From the human T2T-CHM13v2.0 reference genome, Homo sapiens, in assembly GCF_009914755.1 (NCBI RefSeq), contig NC_060925.1: a DNA stretch of 64,000 nt. One strand, 5' to 3'. Made by a program: the position numbers and the translations under genes. Position 1 is the stretch's first letter, and every line of letters begins with the position of its first letter. The notes below the pieces were generated by a model. The model was not told the origin of the DNA. It saw nothing but the letters and a program-made list of their open reading frames with translations, and ran no database searches. Positions 37,627 to 55,573 of this stretch are shown one piece after another.

Positions 37627-39189
37627 TGACCAGGCTGGTCTCGAACTCCTGACCTCTGGTGATCCACCCACCTCAGCCTCCCAAAGTACTAGAATTACAG
37701 GTGTGAGCCACCGCACCCGGCCTCCTGACTTCTTACTTAAAATTGTAACACCTTTCTGTCCTCTAACCTTAGCACTGTCTGCTTATTTTTATCCATAGCA
37801 CTTATGACTCTTTGACATACTGTATTTTATTATTTGTTTATTGTCTCTCCTCGCATTGGAATGTAAGCTCTGTGATGATGGTGATTTTTGTCTATATTAT
37901 TCAGCGTTATATCCCTTGTACCTAGAACAGTGCGTGGTGCATAGGAAGTGCTCAGTAAATATTTGGGGTGTAAACTGATGACTATATGAAGCCTGTTCTC
38001 TCTGGATCTAGGAATATTTTGAGCACACAGTAGAATCTCAATAAATGTGTGAATGAGAGAAAAAGTGAGCGGTCATCATCCTTTCCATTTGTCAGATCAT
38101 ACTTTAGCTGGGTCAACCCTGAGGCTCTTTTGCTTCTGATTGCTTCTGATATTTTCTGCCAGGGCATCAGTTTCAATTGGAGTGCCCAAATCTTTTGTTC
38201 TGGAGCCTGAGCTTTGCAGAATTTCTAGTTGGGGCTGTTTGGCTGTTGGGTCCGCAATGGTTATTATGTCATTATTGGTAATTAGCACTTAGGCCTAGAG
38301 GATTGAGCTTTTTGTTTTTCAGCAGAAATCATAGCAGAGAGCTGTGCTAGACACTGGGAGCCAGGCTTGGAGCAGCTTCCTCTGGAACTTTCCCCTTCCC
38401 AGCTCGGGGTCCATGATTTAGGGAGACCAAGACAGAGGTGCCCAAAGCTAGGGGCACATAGGTCACCAGCTCAACTGCTATTTTCCCCAGACAGTATCCT
38501 GCAATGTTTTCCCACAACACCCCTGGGTCTCTATGCCTGGCCTGGTACAGGGGGGTTCGTCACACCTTCAGGGGAGCTAGGTGTAGGGTTTCCAAATATC
38601 CAGTGGACAGGGGCATTTTCTGATGCTCAAGATTATAAGTGGAGGAAATTATCCTGGGTTTGAGACTCAGGAGCCTGAGCTTAAGTGGCTGTGTAGCTAC
38701 TGACTTGCTGTGTGTTCTTAGGCATGTCACTGCCTCTTGTTGGGCCTCAGCTTTCTCACCTGTCAAACAGAGATAAAGACGCCTACTTGACCTCACTAGG
38801 GAAGAGAGGCAAGATAGTGTCTTGAGCAAGGAGTTGGGTTCTGGACTCACACACAGCTGGCTTCCCAACCATACCCCTTCCTAGCTGTGTGACACTGGGC
38901 AAATCACTTCACCTCTCTGACGTCAGTTCCCAAAGCAATAAAATGGGGCTAAAATAGTACCCACTCTACAGGGTTGTTGTGAGAATTAAATAAGAGAATG
39001 CAGTTAAAGTACTTAGGCACTTAGCTGGTACTCTGCACATCTTTGCTGGTATTATGATAATGACCATCATGGAAATGTAGGCAATCTGTAAAAAGAATAC
39101 TAGCAACAGGGCCAGGCAGATGTGGATTTGAATTCTAACTCTGATACTTACTAGCTGGGTGATCTTGGACAAGTTTTTCACTTATCTGA

Positions 39190-39435
<246 letters not shown>

Positions 39436-39708
39436 TGATCTTCAGGTGATCTGCCCACCTCAGCCTCCCAAAGTGCTGGGATTACAGGCATGAGCCACCA
39501 TGCCTGGCCTGAGACTCTATTTCTTCATCTGTACAATGGAAATTATAGTCATATCTTCCTCAAGGGGGTGTTGTGAAGGTTCAGTGACATATTGTATATA
39601 AAACACTTGGTGTAATGGTTGGCACATATTAGCTCCACTTTATAGAAAAGGAAGGGAGGGGAAGTGAATTGCCTGGACTCGCATAGCATCTCAGTGGTGA
39701 AGTTCTGA

Positions 39709-40034
<326 letters not shown>

Positions 40035-40366
40035 TGAGTCACCTTGCCCGGCCCAGCTTTTTTTTTTTTTTTTTTTTAAACTTTTTCTTGCCATCACTCA
40101 AGTATGGGATCATAATGATGGCTGTTATTATAGAGCCACTGGACTCATTCATGCTAGGATCCCCAGTGCCCAATAAATGTGTGATGGATGAAGAAAGGTG
40201 GGACCACTGTGTCCCCACTTCCAGGGAGGCTTTTACCTTGAGGTTGAGGATTCTTTCTGGTTGGTTGCTAGCAGATTTAAAATAAAAATCATACTTAGTG
40301 TAGTATGGGGCTTTGTAATCTGCAGAACCCTTTGCATTCTCCACATCATTTGACCCTTCTTCCTTT

Positions 40367-41598
<1,232 letters not shown>

Positions 41599-41727
41599 TG
41601 AAGGGTGGGTGACTTGCCTAGAGTCATACAGCAAATTTATTGTGGAACTAAGGCTGCAACTTATTTGCAGTCTCTCTTATGACTTCTCTCTTTCTTTTTC
41701 TTTCTTTCTTTTTTTTTTTTTTTTTGA

Positions 41728-41835
<108 letters not shown>

Positions 41836-41874
41836 TAGCTGGTACTACAGGCGCCCACCACCATGCCTGGCTAA

Positions 41875-42066
<192 letters not shown>

Positions 42067-42686
42067 TGAGGTTAGTCAAATGCTGGCTGGCCGGCTCAGA
42101 ACCTGTCCTATAGTAGCAGCTTTGGAGGGTCTTGGAGCAAGTCAAACCTGGCAATTTCTGTGCCCCCAATACCCCTGCTTCCTTATATCTCCCCTTCTGC
42201 CCTGTCCCTCTGTCAAGTGAGGGTTGGGCCAGGCTGACTTTACCAGTTTTAGAAGACTGTCAGCTAGTAGGTGGCACAGAGCCTGTTTCTTGGAAAACCC
42301 TCTACGCCTTGAGGGTTCCCTCCCCTAGTAAGAGAGAATTAGTGGGTTAAGGCTGAGTGAGCTGAGGCTTTGCTGGATCAGGGTCATTAGGCTCATTCCA
42401 GCTGGTAAGAGAATAGGGTTGGAGAGGGTCATGGGAGGCCAGATCAGTGGGTCTCTCCCTGAATGTCCCAGGGCTATTATCAGAAGTAGTCAGGACAGCC
42501 TTTCCCTGAGGTCTTGGGACAGATATTAATATTACTCATTCACATCATTTCCAAAGTGCTTTCCTGAGAGTGCTTTCCTGAAAGCAGTACATAGTAGAGG
42601 ACAGTGGCATCAGACAGACCTAGTTTAAGCTGCGATGTTAGGCAAATCACCTAACTTTTCTTTTTTTTTCTTTTTTTTTTTTTTGA

Positions 42687-42794
<108 letters not shown>

Positions 42795-43522
42795 TAGGTA
42801 GCTGGGACTACAGGCACCCGCCACCAAGCCCAGCTAATTTTTTTGTAGAGACGGGGTTTCACCATGTCAGCCAGGATGGTCTCAATCTCCTGACCTCATG
42901 ATCTGCCTGCCTCTGCCTCCCAAAGTGCTGGGATTACAGGCGTGAGCCACCATGCCTGGCCTTTTTTTTTTTTGAGATGGAGTCTCACTCTTGTCACCCA
43001 GGCAGGAGTACAGTGTGCGATCTTGGCTCACTGCAACGTCCGCCTCCTGGGTTCAAGCGATTCTTGTTACTCAGCCTCCCAAGTAGCTGGGATTATAGGT
43101 GCCCGCGACCACACCCGGCTGATATTTGTATTTTTAGTAGAGACATGGTTTCCCCATGTTGGTCATGGGCTGGTCTCGAACTCCCTACCTCAGGTGATCC
43201 ACCTGCCTCGGCCTCCCAAAGTGCTGGGATTACAGGCATGAGCCACTGCACCCGGCCTTCTTTTTTTTTCAATAGAGATGGGGTCTCACCGTTACCCAGG
43301 CTGGTCCCAAACTCCTGGGCTCAAGTGATCCTCCTCCCTCAGCCTCCCAAAGCGCTGGGATTACATTACCCCTATGCATTGGGGTTGCTGTGCAGACATG
43401 CCAAGAAACAAGGGCCAGAGGGAAGAAGATTGAAATTGTAAAAGTGGACCTGGTGGATGGTTGTTAAGGCATTCCTTGACAACAAGTGAGCCACTGTGCC
43501 TGGCCTTTTTTTTCTTTTTTGA

Positions 43523-43696
<174 letters not shown>

Positions 43697-44008
43697 TAGT
43701 GCCAGATTGGCTGATTTTTTAAAAATTTTAATTTTTTTTTGTAGAGATGAGGTCTCACTATGTTGCCTAGACTGATCTCGAACTCCTGGCCTCAAGCAGT
43801 CCTCCAACCCTGGCCTCCCAAAGTGTTGGGATTATAGGTGTGAGCCCCTGCACAGCCCCTAATTCATCTAAGCTGTAGTTTCTTCAACTGTACTTGAGGC
43901 TAATAATATTGCCTAAGTATTACTGTTAAGAAGTTAAATGCAATAATGATTAAAAAGTACTTACTGTGTGCCTGGCACATAGTAAATACCTCATAAATCT
44001 AGTTGTTA

Positions 44009-44269
<261 letters not shown>

Positions 44270-44309
44270 TTACAGGGCGAGACTCCGTCTCAAAAAAAAA
44301 AAAAAGTAG

Positions 44310-44600
<291 letters not shown>

Positions 44601-44639
44601 TGAGCCACTGTGCCCGGCCCAAGTATCATTTTTAAGAGA

Positions 44640-46110
<1,471 letters not shown>

Positions 46111-49100
46111 ACAATTCAAGTACTACTAGTAAAATTAATCCCCATCCCACTGTATGAATGGTAATTCCCATCCCATTATAGCCTGTTTGATTTATCATTT
46201 GTGTTTACAAGTCTAAAATAACTGTGATTTTTTATCCTGCCATAGGCAGGATGGCAAGCACTACTCTTCATATACTTTTGGTACCAGCATCAGTTTTCAT
46301 TCAACAGTACTGTTCAGAACACTTTGTTGGTGGGCCCAGCTTTTCAAAGCCCTCTTCAATCTCTTGCCACCCTCCACAACAGACACAGGGCTTCAGGCCA
46401 GCTGTGTCCCTAATCCGCCCACGTCCCAGATTTGGGTATGGTTTCCCCGCCCCTCCCCGCTTTCTTCCAGTCTCATCTCTACCAGGTCATCTGAGGCCTC
46501 ATCTACACTCCCTGGCCTTCCCCACTGGTCACCACCTAATTTCACCATCTAATTTCACCCTCTTATGTGCAGCTGGTGTTTGCTTTTGCTTGGGCTCAGT
46601 TTGCTGTAGGGAAGGATTAAGACCCTTTCACACTGTCTTTTTTTTTCTTTTTCTCTTTTGCTTACTGCCCTTGACTGCTCCAGGGGCTAACAGGCAGCTA
46701 GCGGGGCCTGTATTCCCTAGGAAGGAACACAAGGGGTAGGGGGTGGGGAGGTAATGGTGGGCTCAGCTGGCAGGCGAGATAGAGATGGTCCTTAGGGACC
46801 CCATCCTGGGGCTTGGGGCATAGCACAGCTGCCACCCAGATGTGAGCATGGAGCAGAGCTGTTTCTGCCTTGGAAATTAGCCTCAGAGACGGTGCTTGGG
46901 ACCTTTACCCTTGGTACCTGATGGCAGTCTCTGCAGGGTGAGCTGGGACTGGATACCTGGTTTGCAGAAGTCTGAGAGGGCAGATGGGCCCAGGAGTAAA
47001 GGTAGTTTTTCCACCTTCATATTAGGCATTACTTATACCCCCACATCTTCCTATGTGATAGGCCTGGCAACACTCAGAGATTGGGCACTTAGCCTAACAA
47101 CTGAAGATGTGTGTCTAAAATAACAAAAATTCCTCATGTGTGGATAGTACTTTACAGTTTACAAAGCCCTTTCATCTCCAGGCTAAGAATTAAAAGCCAG
47201 CACTGGAATTCAGGTCTTTCAGATTCTAAAGCCTGAGTCAATGGATTATGGTGTGTTATTGCATGGCACTCTGAATTTCAGAGTAGTTCATACCTGCCTT
47301 GTGTCTAGCCTTTTGCTGTTAGCCTGAGACCTCTACTTATTTGCAGAGTAAGGATTATTAAATGCTACATATTCTTTGCATCCAATTAGATGTGCCATTG
47401 GCTAGCACTTCATGGCATAGAGAATACTGGGCTTTCATGAATCTGAATTTGCTGGATAACTTGGTGGTGGTGGAGATGGTAAACCACTGGTAATTGGTCT
47501 TCTATACTCATCCTTCAAGGTACCAGATTTTCCTGTCTGATTGGTGAAGGAAGCCTGAGGCACAGAGGTGGTAGGACTAGAACTCTGAATAAAAAGCACA
47601 GCTGAACCTGAGGACTTGAGGCAGGAGACCAGAGTATTTAAGAACAGGTGTGGCCAGGCGTGGTGGCTCATGCCTGTAATCCCAGCACTTTGGGATGCTG
47701 AGGTGGGTGGATCACCTGAGGCTGGGGGTTCGAGACCAGCCTGACCAACATGGAGAAACCCCATCTCTATTAACAATACAAAATTAGCCAGGCGTGGTGG
47801 CACATGCCTGTAATCCCAGCTACTCACGAGGCTGAGGCAGGAGAATCGCTTGAACCTGGGAGGCAGAGGTTGCAGTGAGGTGAGGCGAGATCGTGCCATT
47901 GCACTCCAGCCTGGGCAAAAAGAGCGAAACCCCTTCTCAAAAAAAAACAGGTGCTTCACCCCTCATACACAGAATGACCCTGGCCAAGTCACCTGACCTC
48001 ACTAAGACTCAGTTTCCTTATATGTAAAATGAGGATGTTCATTAACTCATTCAACAAATATTTATTGAGCGTATACTGTTCTGGGAGATGAATACAGATA
48101 CAGTCCCTGCCTTCCTGAGCTTGCAGTCTAGTGGGTCTAGATTACAGCAATTTATTTGAGAGGCACAATAAATAATAAATATATAGTAGAAAGTCAAGTA
48201 GGGTAAGTGCTATGAAGCAAATTAAAGCAGGATAAGGGTGTTTGAGTGGAGGCTGTTTTAGATGGTATAGTCAGGTGGTTTTCAAGGGGTTTTATGATGT
48301 TTCAAATGGACAATTTACATAACGTGCTCAGCTCAGTGCTAACAACAATTGCATGCTTAACAAATATATTATTATATTTGCCAGTTCCACACCTCTCAGT
48401 CCACATTTTAGTCTCTGAATAGTAATAATAATTAACACACATAGATCTTACTATGAGCTAGGCACTGCTCTAAGTCCTTTACATATTTTAACTCATTTAA
48501 TTCTGTTTTCCTTTTTCTTTTTTTTGAGATGGAGTCTTGCTCTTGTCACCCAACCTGGAGTTCAATGGCATGATCTCGGCTCTCTGCAACCTCCACCTCC
48601 TGGGTTCAAGTGATTCTCCTGCCTCAACCTCCGAGAATAACTGAGATTACAGGTGCCTGCCACCAGGCCCAGCTAAGTTTTGTATTTTTAGTAGAGATGG
48701 GGTTTCACCATTTGGCCAGGCTGGTCTCGAACTCCTGACCTCAGGTGATCCGCCTGCCTCAGCCTCCCAAAGTTCTGGGATTACAGGCATGAGCCACCAT
48801 GCCTGGCCTAATTCTTACAGTAACTCTGTGAGGTGGGAACTATTATTATCCTTCTCCCTCCCCCAACCCTCGTTTTTGTTTTTAGGGATGGAGTCTTGCT
48901 CTGTTGCCCAAGCTGGAGTGGAATGGCATGATCCTAGCTCACTGTGGCCTTGAACTCCTGTGCTTGAGCAATCCTCCCACCTCAGCCTCCCACTATAGGT
49001 GGGAGTCCCAGCTACTTGGACATATTATCCCCTTTTATGGTGTTGAAAAATGAGGCACAGCCGGGCGCGGTGGCTCAAGCCTGTAATCCCAGCACTTTGG

Positions 49101-49121
49101 GAGGCCGAGAAGGGCGGATCA

Positions 49122-49364
<243 letters not shown>

Positions 49365-50139
49365 TCAAACCATTAGAAAAGGCTGGAGACTAAGAATTGA
49401 ACCCAGGCAATCTGTTTCCAGAGGCTGTGCTGGGATCGTGAAGGGGCTGTGATTAGATATCAGGAATGTCTAGCTGGCATCTACAGACTCTGCTGTCAGA
49501 TGGCCTGGCTTCTTATCCTGTCAGTTTTAAGTCTCTCTGCTTCAGTTTCCTCATCTCTAAAATAGAACACCAGATCCTATCTTACCTTCTAGGTATCATG
49601 CTTAAAACAAAAGCCTTCTTTCTGCACTGTGGGTCCGAAGCCTGTTCACAGACCAGCCTAGCAGGGAGTAGGAAGGGTCAAGGGGTCTCTGACACTTCTG
49701 GAAGGAAATAAAGACACACTAAGCAATTGTCAGAGCAACCCTCAGTTCATCTGGAGACCAGACCTCGGAAGCTAGGTCTTTATAATGTTGAGATTGCCAG
49801 GGGGGAATTAGGAGATCCTTAAATGCAGAAGACAGGTTCAATCTTGGCGTGGTCTCAACACTTAGCTTCCATTTCAGGCCTTACACAGCTGGCACGAGAG
49901 GTAAAGTCTCATCGAATGTCAGGGTTGGAAGGGCGCCTAGAGACAGTCAAACTAGTGGATGGGGAAACTGAGGTACAGAGAAGCTGAGTGACTTACCCGA
50001 GGTCACTAAGCGTTTAGGGGGAGTCAGTTGGGGTAGCCTGGCTACAACCTCTACGCGAGTTACTTCCCTGAGGCTTCCAAATCTCGGCCTCTTACTTGGA
50101 AGGAGGAAAGGGCCTCACCGTCCAGGGCTCTAGCTGCCT

Positions 50140-51360
50140 CATGCCCCACGTGGGTGCTGCGGGATCCCGGAACACCCCGGCTCCAGACCGGGTTCGACTT
50201 GCGCGTGCGCACACGCGGCCAGCCCCTTGCCTTTTCCTCTCTCTTTTTCGTTCCCCTCTCCTCTCCTTACCGGCCTAGGGGAGGGGGGAAACAAGGGGAG
50301 CTAGAAGTTGGCCTCAGCCAATGGGCGGACGGGCCGCGGGCCCGGCCCCCTCCTTCCCTCCGGCGCGGCCCAATAGAAATTTACTACAATGTTGTGGCGA
50401 ACTGAGGGGGAGGGGCGCGGGCCGGCGGGCGGGCTGCGGGCCGGGCTGGCCTCGCCTCGCAGAGGGAAGGCGGGAGGGCGCGCGCCAGGGTCGCTCGCTC
50501 GCTCCCTCCCTCCGCTGGTGCGTTTAGTCAGTCAGCCAGCAGCAGCCGGCGGGCCCGCGAGCCGCAGAGGGCCCGAGCCTCGGACGCCGGCGCCTCCTCC
50601 TGCCATTGTTCGTCGGGCTGCAGCAGTGGCGGGCGCAGGAGCCCGGCCCCGGAGCCACCGGTGAGGCGAGGCGGCGGCGGCGGCGCGGGAGCCGGGGCGG
50701 TGGGCGTGGAGCTGTCCCCGTGGGGACGGTCCTGGCGGCCGCGGCGGCGCTGCAGCCTCTTTGTCTGCAACCCCCGACAGGCCCCGGGCCGGGGCGCGGG
50801 CTCTCCCGCGGAGGAGCCTCGTGTGCACGCCGAGTCGCCAGCCGGGACGCGGCCCGAGGAGCGAGGGGCGGGCCAGAGCCGCTGAGGAAAGGGGAAGGGG
50901 TTGCGTCGCGGGAGTGTTGGAAAGTTAGGCTTGAGATGTATTTTTGACGAGGGAAAATCGGTCCCCTCGGGTGCGTCAATCACGGTGCGGTGTGCAGGAG
51001 CCTCGGGAGGAAACCAAATGCGGAGAATCGCAGGTTTCAGACGGTGAAGGTGTTGCGTGCAGCCGCGGAGCGATTTCTTCCTGGCGAGGGAGCTGGGCTG
51101 TCTGCAGAAGTCAGGCGGAATCTGAGGACTGCAGGGAGCCCTGGCAAGACTTCGCAGGCCTTCCCGCCACCGACGCCTGCATCATTGAAAAACATGTTCC
51201 CCCTTAGTCTTCTGGGTTCCCAGCGAGCAGAGGGTTAAATCTATTCTCTCAGCGTCGTGACCTCCTTTTTCAGTTCGCGCATCTGTCGGCTTGGAAATCT
51301 TCCTCCGTGCTCGCTGGGCTGCTGTACCTGTGGAGAGGCCGGGTCTGGGCTCGCCCTCCG
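50140..51360 (+). promoter_or_regulatory. EPB41: CpG-island promoter of exon 1C
   Basis: Very high CpG density; E-box CACGTG 50147-50152; NRF1 TGCGCGTGCGCA 50200-50211; CCAAT 50318-50322 and 50370-50374; GC boxes; no TATA. Confidence 0.9.
50506..50660 (+). other. EPB41: Alternative first exon 1C, no ATG (start approximate)
   Basis: Ends ...ggagcccggccccggagccaccg with donor CCG|GTGAGG at 50660/50661; position relative to exon 1A fits recalled EPB41 layout. Confidence 0.8.
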
Positions 51361-52430
51361 AGATTGACCAGCAGGCCATTATTCCTGGGGAGGTTTTGCC
51401 AAAACAGGTCATGCTCCCCAAGAACAGGCATTCTCTTGAGAAAAAGTGATCTCACGTGAAACAGATTGCTGATGGACTGGTTTCTGGCCACATGATAGCG
51501 ACTGTCATCCTGTTGTTTCTTTAACTGTACCCTGTACCCTGCCATAAATGACTAGTCTGTGGAGACTTGTTTTTTGGCATGTAGTTGCTCATTAGGAGAT
51601 AGTTTTTTCTTTTTCCTTTTTTTTTTTCAGATGCTTTTTTTTTTTTTTTTTGTAGTCTGGGTGATTTCACAGCTGCTATTTTCTTCCCTTCTGTTTTTAG
51701 GGAAAATTGCAAGAAATGGTTGTGTCTTGTGTCTTGGATATTATTATAGTGGATTTATACTCTCTTGAGGATGTACTGTAGTCAATGCTGTTGCTCATTG
51801 TTGTTTTCTGTATTCTCAGTCCTGGCAAAAATTTTAGTTGGTTTGATCCCTTTAATCAAAAGCAGGATATATAGCCCGTATATGTTTCTTCCCGTCCCAG
51901 TTTTGTTAATGTAGCACTAACCCCTACTTTTTATGGAAACTTGATGTACTCTTCATTTTCCTTTTCTGTAAATTGAAAGTGTAATCAGTTCTTCGCCAGT
52001 TGTAAAATTTTTGGTTTGGGGTGTTATTAATATAATCCATGTAGCGTACATGCTATCTGGCGTACAGTAAGCACTCAATAAATGGCAGATTCAAAAATAG
52101 ATGTAATAACTGAACACCAGATTGCCTTAGAATCAAAGTAGTTAATTCAGTGTGCTTTCTATAAGAAGCTTATAATTAAGGTAAATATAGATATTATTCA
52201 TACACCTGGGGAAACAAGTACAGTATATCTTTGGCACTATTAAAAGTGAACTATGTCGGGCACGGTGGCTCACGCCTGTAATCCCAGCACTTTGGGAGGC
52301 CAAGGCGGGTGGATCACTTGAGGTCAGGAGTTCGAGACTAGCCTGGCCAGCATGGTGAAACCCCATCTGTACTAAAAATGCAAAAAAGTAGCTGGGTGTG
52401 GTGGCATGTGCCTGTAATCCCACCTACTCA

Positions 52431-52532
<102 letters not shown>

Positions 52533-52664
52533 TCAAAAAAAGGTGAACTCATTGTTGAACATAAGTTCAGAATGCCAACCTTCTGATTCCTCTGTCTTCT
52601 ACCAACAAAACTATACATTTTTCCTTGTATGTTTGAATTCAGGCTTAGAAATAAATGTTTTTAA

Positions 52665-52874
<210 letters not shown>

Positions 52875-53108
52875 TAGAGACAGTCTCACTATGTTGCCTA
52901 GGGTGGTCTTGAATTCCTGGACTCAAGAGATCCTCCTCCCTGGGCCTCCCAAAGTGCTGGGATTACAGATGTGAGCCACCTCACCCGGCCTCTCCCAACA
53001 TTTATTAAGTGTTTTATACCAAATGTCTTGTAAGTTCTTATGCAATATGGCTACAATCTACCTTTCCACCTTTATTCTCCTTATTTTTTGTATTGTGCAA
53101 CCAAATAG

Positions 53109-53459
<351 letters not shown>

Positions 53460-55355
53460 TGAGCCACCGTGCCTGGCCCTGTATACATATGTTTTTAGAG
53501 ACAGGGATCTTACCTTGTTGCCCAAGCTGGAGGGCAGTGGCATGATCCTGGCTCACTGCCGCCTTGAACTCCTGGGTTCAAGTGATTCTCCCACCTGAGC
53601 CTCCTGAGCAGCTGGGACTACAGACGTGCACCACCATGCCCAGCTTTTTTTTTTCGTTTTTAAAACACGGGGTCCTGCTATTGTTTCCCAGGCTGGTCTC
53701 AAACTGCTGGTCTCAAACTCCTGAGCTCAAATGATCGTCTCACCTCTGCTTCCAAAAGTGCTGGGATTACAGACATGAGTCACTGTGCCCAGCTTAGTCT
53801 GTATTACAGACATGAGCCACCATGCCTGGTGTGTAATTTTTGGTGTGAATGATAGAGTTTGCTTACTTTTTTTTAATGTAGTAATCCAGTTTCATATTGC
53901 TAATCTGATTTCATAACTTTAGAATATCAGTGGCCATGAGAGGCTGAGTTTGGTTCTGAAATCAAGAGGAGCATAGATGTAGACCACAGTCTGTTTCCTT
54001 GTTATCTAAGAGGCAGGACAGCATAAGTGTTGCCAGTGTATTTTTGTTTTTCTTGTCTTTTCTGTCTCAGCCTCCTGAGTAGCTGGGACTACAGGCACAC
54101 ACCACCACACCCAGCTAAATTTTTGTATTTTTAGTAGAGACGAGGTTTCACCATGTTGGCCAGGATGGTCTCCAATCTCTTGACCTCGTGATCTGCCCAC
54201 GTCCGCCTCCCAAAGTGCTGGGATTACAGGCATGAACCACCACACCCAGCCAATGGCCTGTATTTTTCTGAGTTTCATCAAGTTTGTGTTTGGTTAAATG
54301 CATATTCAGATGTGGATTCATTGCTACCTCTATATTTGAATTTTTTCTTTAATTACTTGAACATGGAATCACTTTATTTTGTGAGCTAAACAACAATAAT
54401 TCCAATAACTTTTCTTATGAATAACTTTGTTTTTTTCCTCTAAATAAAGCCCCCAAAGATGGCCTCTGAATTAATCAGTTATGGGCCTTATGTATGTGAA
54501 GGATCCAAAATTATTGAAAAGTAATTGCTAGCTAGGTGCAGTGGTTTATGCTTGTAATCCCAGCACTTTGGGAGGCCGAGGCCCACGGATCACTTGAGCC
54601 TTTGAGTTTGAGACCACTGCATTCCAGCCTGGGCAACAGAGTGAAATTCTGTCTCAAAGAGAAAAAAGAAAAAGTAATTGCTTGATTGCATTTATCATAG
54701 CATTTAGTTAGAGGAGAGGAGAGGCAGATGCCAAATGTATGTTATTTTTTGTTGTTCATTTAAGTTTCTTGGTATGTCACTGGTGGCTTTTACCGTGCGT
54801 CCTTTTTAAGAGTGGGTTCATGGTGTGTTTAGTCAAATGCAATATAACTTACTCTGGAGTGCACACTGGGTTAGATTAGTATTTTGATTTACTCTGCTGC
54901 TATTTAATGAATACATAGAAAGATAAAGAAGAATGCTGTAGCAGTGAGGAGTATTCAGAACTTGGAGGTGTTAGAAAGGAGAACTTTGATATTTTATATT
55001 GAGTGCTGATCTCATTTAGAACTACCCACCTTACTGACACTTTGCTTCAAATATTGGTTTTGGGAAAATCCGATTATGATGAAAGTCTGTTTATACTTAT
55101 TTTGCTGATTTTTTATTTAAATTGAATTGTATCCACTTAAAATATTTGAAAATAAATTGGCTAGCTCTTTGAACTTTGGAGAACAGCAGCCAGTATAATT
55201 CAAGGAGTAGCTTGAAGAGACTTTAATATCCCCTACCCGCTAGCTTCGTCAGCTTCCCACTAAGTCACCCTAAGTAAACATGCAATCTGGGTAGGAACTG
55301 GGAGCTTGATATCCAAATATTCTGTCTCTCCTTCCAGTCAAATTGCTATCCTTAA

Positions 55356-55573
<218 letters not shown>

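Noticed and set aside
43366-43485. Insert as an H/ACA snoRNA copy
   Set aside because: Hairpins too short and ACA overlaps the stem; identity left open.
50383-50396. ACTACAA, possible ZNF143 site
   Set aside because: Lacks the following TCCCA motif.
50524-50983. 151-aa antisense ORFs in the exon 1C island
   Set aside because: Stop-poor GC-rich sequence leaves several frames open; no protein family resemblance.
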